Shown one piece after another: positions 49,926-60,900 of a stretch of DNA of 64,000 nucleotides. The stretch comes from Schmidtea polychroa. Lineage: Eukaryota. The translations under genes and the position numbers were made by a program. Position 1 is the stretch's first letter. Each line of letters begins with the position of its first letter. The stretch is from the NCBI GenBank assembly GCA_044892525.1, contig CM097888.1:2914001-2978000 (forward strand), given 5' to 3'. The notes below the pieces were generated by a model. It made no database searches. It saw nothing but the letters and a program-made list of their open reading frames with translations, and had not been told where the DNA came from.

Positions 49926-51314
49926 TTACTCCGTTCTACCCTTCTCCTCTTTCCTCACGGTCATCTTGATATATATGGTATCATTTCTCGCCATATCTTC
50001 TACTCTTTGTTGTGAGATGAACGTAGGTGCTCCTGTTGCTGATCCTTCTTCGTTGAGGGGCCTCTGGTAAGCTATTTGATTCCCCGTTGTTTTGAAGCTT
50101 TGCTCATGTATACTTTGGTTGTTCATCAGAGTAATATCGATTTTTGCCTGGAACGGCCATTCTAATATTTCGTCGTATTCTCCTTTACATAACAGAAAGA
50201 AAATCGAAAAGTGCGTATCCAATCCGGTTCCGTCCCCGTTGGGATATACCTTCATTTTCATTTTGTACCCATTTTTCCAAGAATGGAATGTAGGACTTGT
50301 TATTCTTGTCTCTTCTCCGGTTTTTGCTTTTCGTATTCTTTCTTTTACTCCCGTTATTTTCCATATGTAGGGTGCTGTTGGGGTTATCTCATTTAGATTT
50401 ATTTCCCGTATTTTCTGATGTAGCTCCTTGGCCTGATTATTACTGATTTCTGTTCGGTTTATTTGCATCTTTATGTTTGCTCGGGCTTCTTCGAACGCTT
50501 CCCTTTCTTCTAGTAGTTCTTTGACTAACACTTTCAACGATGTTATCTCTATCTCCATTTGTTTTACTTTCTCTTCGCTTTCTTGTAGCGCAGTCGACCA
50601 CATTTCTGCGTGAGTTGAAGCATTTTCTACTAAATGATGTGGTAACTCACCTCGGTGTAGTAGTTTCTGACAACCCCATCTACCTAGTACACATGTCATT
50701 CTTTTCTTTGCGCATTCCCTTAGATGCTGTGCCACCTTCATTATTTCCCCTTGGTTACATCCGTTTGGGCATTCCCCACTGAACTCTGCACATACTCTCT
50801 CCTCTTGGACATTGTGATGTTTGAGGGTGAGATTTATCCACGTATCTATTTCTCCACAGTGTTCACATCTTTCCAATCTCTCTTCACACTGCCTTTGATG
50901 CTCTTTTTCTTCGCTTGCTCGAATGGTTTTATGGCACCTTTCACACTGGCCAATTCTGTACATACATTCTCCCATATGTTGTACTACCTTCCATATTACT
51001 CCTTTCCATTCGCATGGGGCATTTTTGCATCCCAGGTTGGTGTTTAACATGTCTTTCACTGCGGCTTTATCCTCGTTAGTGTCTTCTAAACTCGATATTA
51101 GTGTCTCTTTACACACCGGGCACCTCTGTGGTCTATTCTTTATTGCTTCACTGATACATTCTTTACATACTCTGCATCCACATTGCGTTTGGTGAGGTTC
51201 CTTTAACAACTTTTCACATATTCCGCACATAACATGTTTGTGTATTCTGATCGTTGTAGATTTTCGGACTTGCTCGACAATCTCTCTGAACTCTTCTCTT
51301 TGTCGTTTATCCAT
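49926..51314 (-). CDS. Full-length intronless TRAF-family protein (RING, TRAF zinc fingers, coiled coil, MATH)
   Basis: RING CGICEKLLKEPHQTQCGCRVCKEC...CPVC; fingers CKNAPCEW..HMGEC, CERC..HQRQC, CEHC, CPNGC..HLREC, C..GC..H; MATH PYIWKI...SPTF...GYKMKMKVYPNGDG...HFSIFF...GEYDEILEWPF. Confidence 0.95.
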   Translation of the reverse strand: MDKRQREEFREIVEQVRKSTTIRIHKHVMCGICEKLLKEPHQTQCGCRVCKECISEAIKNRPQRCPVCKETLISSLEDTNEDKAAVKDMLNTNLGCKNAPCEWKGVIWKVVQHMGECMYRIGQCERCHKTIRASEEKEHQRQCEERLERCEHCGEIDTWINLTLKHHNVQEERVCAEFSGECPNGCNQGEIMKVAQHLRECAKKRMTCVLGRWGCQKLLHRGELPHHLVENASTHAEMWSTALQESEEKVKQMEIEITSLKVLVKELLEEREAFEEARANIKMQINRTEISNNQAKELHQKIREINLNEITPTAPYIWKITGVKERIRKAKTGEETRITSPTFHSWKNGYKMKMKVYPNGDGTGLDTHFSIFFLLCKGEYDEILEWPFQAKIDITLMNNQSIHEQSFKTTGNQIAYQRPLNEEGSATGAPTFISQQRVEDMARNDTIYIKMTVRKEEKGRTE

Positions 51315-51399
51315 TCTATAATTATATGTACAAATAGTTCTTATCGATACAGGTTCGATATTTTATTTACAATTATTTACATTTTAAGCTAGGTTTGGT

Positions 51400-51783
51400 T
51401 TAGGGTTCGGAAGAGTCGGCTTCGTGCCCGCTCTCCTCTCTATTCATTAGCCATTCCGACCAGTCTTCTATTTCTGTCTGTTCTGCTTCCTCCCTCATTC
51501 GGTCTATTTCAATTTCCTGTCGACGGCTATATTGGGTTATCCTCTCTATCTCTCTTTGCATTTGTTCGATTTTTAACCTCTGGTCTTCAATTATCTTCAA
51601 ATAACTAAATCCTCTGTTCATACTCTCGATCAGGTTTCTGTGCATCGTCAGTCCTTGTTCTTGCAAATTGGACACTAATTGTGCTAATACGGCACATTGT
51701 TGCTTCCATAATTCTTCAGTTACTGTATTGTGGTTCATTTCGTTATTTCCTTGATCCATTCCTAATTTATATACACTTTTCAA
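51400..51783 (-). CDS. Small accessory coiled-coil protein with acidic C-terminus
   Basis: 127-codon ORF; probable ATG 51759. Confidence 0.65.
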   Translation of the reverse strand: MKSVYKLGMDQGNNEMNHNTVTEELWKQQCAVLAQLVSNLQEQGLTMHRNLIESMNRGFSYLKIIEDQRLKIEQMQREIERITQYSRRQEIEIDRMREEAEQTEIEDWSEWLMNREESGHEADSSEP

Positions 51784-51919
51784 CTCTTATGTAAATTTAA
51801 TTTTATTTTATGATTCCCGTTATTGTATAATATTGATACCGCGCTTATATAGAGATATAGTACTGTTATATACATAAGATATACTTACTTTTTACAATTA
51901 TATACAGTCATATTCCTTT

Positions 51920-54900
51920 CTATATACGTGAGTTTGGAGGGCGCTGAACGTTCCAGGCCTCCACCCACTGTCCTTGTTTGATATCACTTGGTCGTTTCAC
52001 TCGATGTTGGAAGTTTCTGATTCGGGTCATTTCTAGTTCTCCGCGATGTCGTTTATCTTTAATTATTTTTATTGTTCCCCCCGTTATGATTAGGAATGCC
52101 CCTGTTATTATTATCCCACTGATCCACATCATCTGCTTCACGCTTATACTCTCTGGTTTTTCCTTGTTGGTTAATGTTGATATCGCTTCTGTACTTTTCT
52201 CGTTTCCTCTTTTGCCATTTCCTTTCATCATTTCCCGTATTCTTGCTATTTCCTCGTTCATACCCTCCTTTGCCATCTTTTGTATTTTTTCCATCTCTTC
52301 CTCCGAAACATAGTTGTCCTGAGCTTCCTCACCAGTTTTCTTGTGCTTTCCTCCTTCGTTCTTTTCGTCGTGGTTTTTTCTTTTCTTTCCTCTTTTCCCC
52401 GGGTATCGTCGGCATTCTCTTTTTGATTCAATCCTCCAGATACAAACCGTGTATTCTTTCGGCGGCTGCTGCTGCGTCACATATTGATGGCATCTCTCAC
52501 CTGGTCCTAATCTTGAAATACAGACTTTGTGCTCTTTTCTAGGTTGGATCTGCGTTATTACTACTTCACCACCTTTTCCTAGGTGTACCTCTTTTCCTTT
52601 GACGTTCGTTATTCTCTTCCCGTCTCGATTTCGGTATGCTTCTTGTATTCTTACTTCTGTTATTGGTTCTGTGTCCTCATTTATCAGTACTAGTTTCTGA
52701 TACGCTCTAGACATGCATCTTCCTAGTATGCACCTTTCCTTTAAGTCCCATTCTTCCTTTAAATCCCACTGCTGCTCTTGTGCTTGCTTTCTCTTTTCTT
52801 GTTTTAGTTCATCCTCTTTGCTATCTTGATTCTCCGCTTCTTTGGTTTCTTTTATCGTTCTCGTCCCTCCCTGAGCTGTTACTAACTCTATCATGGTAAG
52901 CATAATTATCATTAATATCATATTTGTCTCTATTTCTTTGTTAGTGAAAGGTAGGCATACCCTCTGTTTTCCATTATTCGATTTTTCCTCCTCTTTGGTC
53001 TTGGTTCTCGGGCTGTTTCCCTCTCTTTTCGTATCCGAATCCTTGTTTTCTGGTTTACCCTCCTCCGGTTCTCTTTTCTCTTTATCCTCCTTTCGGTCTT
53101 TTCCGTTATTGTCATCGTGTTTATCTCCCTCGCTGTCATTTAAAATGTCGTCCTCGACATTTATATCGTTCAATAATCTGCGATATGCTGTTAGCACTCT
53201 GTTTCTTGCTAATTTTGCTTCGAATTCAAACTCTTTTCTACCCGTTGCAGCATGTCTCTTTCTATTCCATTCTTTAACTAACTCTCTCAATTGCATACGA
53301 CGATGTTTCCCAATTCGTTGTTGCTCGTTCTGATTTTGCGTGAATTTTAGGTCTTCTCTATTTAATACTATTAAAATAATTTTAGGCGTCCCCCCCTTAG
53401 TTAGGGTATTCTTTACCATCGCATTTTCTCCGTTTTCGTAGAATTCGTTTACATTTATCGCATATTTATTATTTGGTGGTACTCTCCAGGTTAATAATAA
53501 TTTCATTGCTTCTAGATTTTTCCGTACTGTATTCCATTGAAACTGAGATGTGTTTTTGCACATATTTTCAACTTCTTCTTCTGTCGCATTTTTGCAAATA
53601 AATCTGATCATTTCTAAGTTTGGCTGTATGGTTGCCCAGTCCAAGGTGGAATTTCCTTCATTGGACCTTTCGTCTAGTTTCGATCCTGATTGATGTAGGA
53701 TGTGGAGTGTTTTTGGGTGTATTTTCGTTATAGCTGCATACATCATGGCGGTTTCACCTTGTTCATTTTTCGTGTTGGTTTCCTCGCCCATCTCCCCAAG
53801 GATTCTCATGATCGTTATTGTTCTATTCTCTTTTGCAGCTAGTATTGCTTGTTGTAGGGGTGTTCGGGAATCCTTCGTTACCATCGTAAATGCTCGAGGC
53901 AAGAAGGTTTTGATTTTCCCGATATCTAAACCCGTGGTTTGATCTCTTGCGTATGTGTGTACGGCTTTTATTATTTTGGACAATATTATTTCGTCTGGCA
54001 GCTCTAGCATTTCCTCAAAGAACACTTCTTTTGCTTTGCGTATTATTGCCTCTTGATCTATACTCATTGATTTGGTTTCGATGACGTTGTTTGTGACCGT
54101 TCGGTTCGTTGTTGACTTTGATTCCCTGGATTTCTCATACCTTATTTTCGTTTTCTTTCCGTTTGGATTATTGATTCGTTCCTCTGCTGTAAGTATTTGG
54201 ATAATATCCATGTAATTCTCGCGGATGTTATTCATCGTGTCCATCATATATAACACACTTACTGTTTCCCAATATTTATGTCGTACTTGGTTAGTAAATT
54301 GGAATAGTGATTTTTCGAATGTGTCGATTCGCTTTTTTTTTAACTGTTCGTCTTTGTGATTTGTGAATTTTATCCCTCGTTCTAGTAATTGATTCGGGAT
54401 TTCGAATAAATGATGTCCTTTCATAGCTTCTCTCATCAGCGTGTTCTCTCCTCTCGTGAACGCTTCGTTTACGTTGATCATATAATCGTTTCGAATTGGA
54501 TTTCTCCATGTAATTAATATTCCGGTAATTGTCGTCAGTTTTTCTTTGATCGCTGTTAGCAATCCATCATACATGTTTCCGACTTCCCGATTGTCCTCAT
54601 ATGATAGTAGTTCCATCAATGACGTGAACGCCTCGGTGCTTCTCCCTCTGATAGCATGATGTAGAGCGTTTTTCCGCTCGTGGTCTTGTGTAGTTATTTT
54701 CGATCCGGTATCGAGTAATGCAGTTATAATGTCTTTTGTTTTGCCTCTGTTTGCGGCTATCATTAATGGTGTGTAACCTTGGTTGTTTGTTTGTTCTGTT
54801 GATCGCTTGCAGTCGTGAAATGCTTCTATTGTTTCTAGTATTTGCTCGTTGTTACCTACTTTCATGAGTTTGTGTAATGGTGTGTCTCCGTAATGATCTG

Positions 54901-57900
54901 TTATTGTAAATAATATTGGCCATTGGCTTTTGACTACTCGCAATAATGGGTGTGTCCTTTCTCTATTTGCATAGTTCTCGATCATCGTCAATAATCCTCC
55001 TAATATTTCGAAATCTAATCGATCTTTCGCCCATCCAGGTATTTTAATTTTTACCTCTTTTACAATCTTTTCCGCTTCTGATGGTTGGATACCTAATCGT
55101 CCAGTGATCGGTTCTGCGAGTTGTTGCATCATGTTCATTCGGTAGGTTTGCGAACGTGTGGTTAATGTACGGCCTTCTGGTTGACTAGTGGCTGTTTTTG
55201 GAATTGATTTGCATCGTGCCACGTTTACGTATATTGGTCTGGTAAAGGGGTTATTTACCAATTTCACTCTTACATTAGTTTCGCCTACGAATAAGATCTC
55301 ATATGGTCCTTTTCCGTTGCGTTGTAACTTTTTTGTGGTTCCTGGAATTAATTCCGGGGTTTCTATCATTACCCAATCACCTGTTTGGAACGTATGTTGC
55401 TTCACGTTTTTCTTTCGATCGTGTAAATCTTTATAACTTTCCTGGTAGAACTTGATATTTAATCCCGCAGTTTCCCAAATTTCTTGCATTCTTTCCTTGA
55501 ATTTCGTAACATAATCATCGATCTCCATATACTGCGATATCGGTGGTTGGTATTCCAGGTCCATTGGCATATTACATTCTCTTCCGTACATTAATTTGAA
55601 TGGGCTCATTTTCGTTGATGCGTGAATCGACATTCTGTACGCCATAAGACATAGGTTTATATATTCGTCCCAATCTCGTTGGTGACGGTCAACGTAGTTT
55701 GATAACATTTGTATAAGTGTTCCATTAAATCTTTCCGTCATCCCATTGGTTTGAGGGTGGTATGGAGATGTTCTTAGTTTTGCTATTTTGAAGTAATTTG
55801 TTACTTCGCTCATTATCTCACTCATAAAATTTGTTCCCTGATCGGTTAAGATTTGTTTTGGTGTTCCATATCGGCAACATATCTCTTCTACCAAAATTTT
55901 TGCGATTGTTTTAGCTTTTTGGTCTGGCATCGCGAATGCTTCTGGGAATTTCGTAAGAAAGTCTGTGATCACCAGAATGTAAACGTTTCCTTTATCTGAC
56001 TCTGGTAGTGGACCAACTACGTCCATGGATATCATTGTCATTGGTTCTATTGGTACTGGCATTGGCGTTAAAGGTGCTTTCCATTTCGATCCCGTATTCT
56101 TCCTGGTTGCACAAGTTAGACAATTTTTTACCCATTCGGTTACATCTTCCGTTAACGTAGGCCAAAAATATTTCTGTTTCATTCTTGCTAACGTCTTTTT
56201 CGATGACATATGTCCTCCCAATCTCCCATCGTGATATTGCGTTAGTAACTCTTTTCGTCGGTTTTCCGGTATACACATTAATCGTTTTTCCCCATCCATT
56301 ATCAGCAACCAATCTTTCTCTATAATATATCGGTGTCGGTGTTTATCCATATGTTCTTTTAATTTTTGGTCTTTCGCATATACATCTGTCTGTCCGGTTT
56401 TTATATAATCGATAATTTGTTTTAATTCCGCGTCCTCTTGTTGGTCCTTTCGCAATTGACAGAAATCCAAATCTTCCGCTACTATTAAGCATATGCGTTG
56501 CATTTCTGAATCCACCAAATCTGGGAAAATAAATCTTGACATACAATCGGCGTTGGCATTTGCTCTTCCCGCTTTAAATTTTATAAATGGGGAGTATTCT
56601 TGCAATTGCATGGCCCATCTCATCAGTCTACTGGACGCTTCTTTATGTTGCCCTAACCACACTAATGGTTGATGGTCTGTGGTTATGCATATCTCATGTC
56701 CCCATAGTAAATATCGGAAGTGTTTGATAGCTTGTATTATAGCCAATGCTTCTCGTTCTGTTACCGAATAGTTCTTTTCGTGCTTTTTGAATGTTCGACT
56801 GTAATACCCGATTACTCTCTCTTTTCCCTCATCGTCCAATTGTCCCAGAATCGCGCCTGCCGCGTACCCGCTTGCATCCGTTGCCAATAGAAATGGCTTC
56901 TTAAAATCTGGGTGTACGAGGATAGGTGCTTCGATTAGTTTGTCTCTCAGCGTTTCAAACGCCTCTTGTTGTTCCTTCCCCCATAAGAACGAAATGTCCT
57001 TCTTTACTAATTCCTGGATTGGTTTTGCAATTCCTGCATAATTTTTGATAAATTTGCGATAGTATCCGCATAATCCTAGAAATTCCTGAACTTGGGTGAC
57101 AGTTTTCGGTGCTGGACATGTTTTTATTTTCTCAATGTTTCTTGGATCTGGCTCCTTTCCTTTAGCTGACACTATGTGTCCTAAAAACGTGACTTTTTCC
57201 TTTGCCCAATCGCATTTTGATGGTTTGAGTTTGAGTTTCCACTGTCTTAATCTAATAAATACGTTTCGGATATCTTCTAGATGTTGTTCAAATGTCGCTG
57301 AATAGATTAGTAAATCATCAATATATACCATACATTGTTTGATTCCATGGGTGACAAAGTTCATACACCGTTGAAATGATGCTGGTGCGTTAGTCAGTCC
57401 AAATGGCATTTTCCTGAATTGATATAGATCTCGTCCCAACGTGAAAGCGGTTTTCTCTTTGTCCTCATCTTTGACTTTAATCTGCCAGTATCCACTTTTT
57501 AGATCTAAAGAAGTAAAATATGCTGCCCCTTGCAACATCAATAACATCTCATTGATGTCCGGCAATGGATAGGTATCTCTCTTGGTCACTGCGTTTAACT
57601 TCCGATAATCGATACAGAATCGTTGGGTGCCATCTTTCTTTTTCACCATGACCACTGGGAATTGCCAGGGTGAGCAACTTGGTTCGATTACTTTTGCGTC
57701 TAGCATCTTTTGTACTTCTGTTTCGGCTATTTCTTTCTGCATTTCTGCTAGCTTGTATGGTCTCAATGCAATTGGGGTTTCGTCTATGAGTGGTATTGCA
57801 TGTAAGGTAACATCACATGTACCCAAGTCTAAATCTGAGATGGCGAATATATCTTTATATTCTACCAACAATCGGTGCAATTTTTTCTTTTCGTCATTCG

Positions 57901-60900
57901 TCAACAACATACTATCTATTGTCCATAATTCATCATCTTTGATCATCTCGTTGGTCACTTTCGGTAATTCTATGTCCATCATTGGGGTCAATCTTCCCAA
58001 TTTTTCGTTCTCATAAATGATTTTGTCTTCCTCTTCGAAATTCGTGATGTTGAGCGGTATCACTCCTTCTTGGTTTATTGTGATTATTTCTCTTGCGAGT
58101 GGTAATTCTCGTCGCTTTTCAAATGACTTGCTTGGTTCAAAGATAACTTCTCCTTCCATACCCGTATCCACTTTTATCTGACAAATCATCTGTGATTTTG
58201 CTGGTACTATTATTTTTTCTGGACATCTGATGACTGAATTCATTTTGCATATTCTACCGGTTTTGTCTTTTAAACACATGGTTGTTAAGTCAATTACGAC
58301 TTCTTTTAACAATTCTGGCATCAAATCCGTTCCGATTATGCATGGTACGCTAAGTTTTGGTATTACTGCCAAATACGTTTCAATTTCGTTGTCCTGGTAT
58401 CTCAATGTAGTCCACCATCTTCCGACCACGTCCACTGTTTCTTTACTACATGCTATGATGTGAATTGTTGTTGATTCGATATCCTTCCAGTGTTTACTGG
58501 GGATTTGATTAATCGCTATCGCTGATACATTAGCTCCGGTGTCTATCATAGCATTGGTTTCTTTACCATTGATTTGAATCATAACTGTTACTGCTGGACC
58601 TCCAGGTAAACTCATCGCTGCTATTGTTCTTACGTCATCTGCTTGATCTACACTTTTGGTACGTCGTGTTGGCATATAATGCATACCGGGTTGACTCGGT
58701 AATTGCGGATACATATTTTGTGTCATGGTCAAAGCTGTTTGTGGTCCCACGATATCCGGTGGTATATAGCTTCCATTGGCGATCCAGGTGTTTGTCTTTT
58801 CCTTTTCCCAATATGGTGCCGTTTCCATTGGTTTTTCGTTTGGGTTTCTGTTTGGATAAAGACATTTATCGTTCCCGTTATCATCGTCGTCACTATCGCT
58901 GTTAGATGATTGGCTTCTAAATCGGTCCAAGAATTTTGGCTTATTCTTTTTCAATTGTCGTCTTGTTGCTTCATCGTACATTACTTTCCGGAATCGTCTG
59001 CCTACTTCCTCGTCGGTTCCTTTAATCTTTGTTAATATTTTAATCAATCGCTTTATCCGATGAATGTCTTTTGAGTGGCCATGTAATACCATGGTCTTAG
59101 CTAAAAATGGTAAGAAGCCTACTATCATTTTCCAATTAACTTTCTTTTCCCGCTTGTATATATCGAAACAAGCTAACATTTGTGTTAGTATTACTCTGAC
59201 TATCTGAATTATGAGTATGATCCCTAATATCCCGGCCATCATTTGTCCAAAAACTAAGAATCTTCCCCACATTGCTTTCATCATGTTTGACGTAGCTTGT
59301 TGAAAATGGTCTGGCGATAATAGCAGCTCGTAATTCGGGCCTGATTGATAGTTTGTGCCCCCAGTTATTGTTACCATATTAGACAAAATGGATTCTCGTC
59401 TGGCTGGGAAGAGTACGTTGAGTCGTGCTGTTTCTAGATCTTCTGGGGAATACATACCACCGTTTGACACGTCTATAGGTTTGAAATCCAGCTCTGTGGC
59501 GAGTTCTATTAATCCAAATTTTTTGGGCTCCTCGGATATGGTTTTTCCCGGTAACATCATCCATTTCCCATCGGGCCTTTCATATAAAGGTCCGTATGCA
59601 TTAGAACAGTTAAAGAGATTTGGGTAGAAACCCACTGGATTCATAATTCTAGTGACTGGTTGGACGAATCGATTTTGTCCTTTATAACGGATTTCTAATT
59701 CATTTGCACATCTCTTTTCGGGTAGTATGGATTTTTCTGGCATTCGTGCATACGTCTTGGTACACTGGTATGTGTACATCACTTCTCCTACCATTCTACC
59801 AAAGTGTCCATCTGGTAATGGGAGTGATGGCATCGTGTTATCTGGGTGCGTTATCGCAATAGCTAGCTTTGTTTTCAATATTTCTTTATTCAATGAACAA
59901 TCGTTTTGTATTAGATCGTAATATACTTTTTGCAAGGTCGTTTGTCCGCGATGAAATAGAAAATCCATTTTATTATTTGCATATAAGTATAGTTTTACGT
60001 CCTCCGTTGCTATCTTTCCCACTGCTCTATCGATTATTTGTCTCGACATATAGATACCTGCGTAATTGGTTTTATATACTATACTGTCACATTTGGTGGT
60101 TTCTTTCTCTTTGATAAATCTCATACCTAGATCTGGATCGTCTGTGATTAATGCTGTTGGTGTCTTCTGCGTTGAAAGTCTCTTTTCTCTGGGAGATGGT
60201 GGCATTGGTTTTCCATTTCGCATTCTCACTCTGTCGTTTCCATCCTCGTCGTTCTCGTTCTCATATATTTCTCCTTTTACTTCATTGAACAAAGCACTTT
60301 TTAACAGTTGGAGTCGGCATTTTTGGGTATTAGCTTCATAGATTATAGTTGATACTCCTGTCCTGCATACGTTTTCTGTAGCTCTACACGTTGGGTTGGT
60401 CTTCATTTGGTAATTATTTGCGTCAAATTGCGCTTCGTATTCTTTTAATTCGACCGTGTAAGACTCGATCACTACAACTCCCGATATTACCTCGCCTCGG
60501 ATCGTATACGTACCTCCGTTACATGACCCATCTGATGATTTTACTTTTCCGGATACGTAAACACTTTCGGTTTTAATCATTCCAGTTTGTCCGTGAATTG
60601 TCACTCCGTTATGCATTTTTAGCGCTCCGGTTCTAAATAGCTCTTTACAATCCTCTCGTTGTATTGATACGATTTCTTTATCCAGACCGGGTAGTATAAG
60701 AGTCGAATACGAATATTGTCCACAGTAATATGCGAGTACCTTTTTTGATACTACGCATTCCCTTGCTTGCGTTCTGATGAAATCTGATTCTTGATATACA
60801 TGGTAAGTAACTTTTGTTCTCACGATGTCCAATTTGTTGGGTGAGGCTTGTCTGCATTCTTCTATGTCTCTCAATGAGTATTTATCTCTCATTATCATGT

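Noticed and set aside
57990-58225. Functional dUTPase between PR and RT
   Set aside because: A beta-rich spacer common in gypsy pol; the five dUTPase catalytic motifs are not recognisable.
58590-59100. Gag nucleocapsid expected just before the protease
   Set aside because: No CCHC knuckle or capsid signature; the region is the Env tail and a Pro-rich linker.
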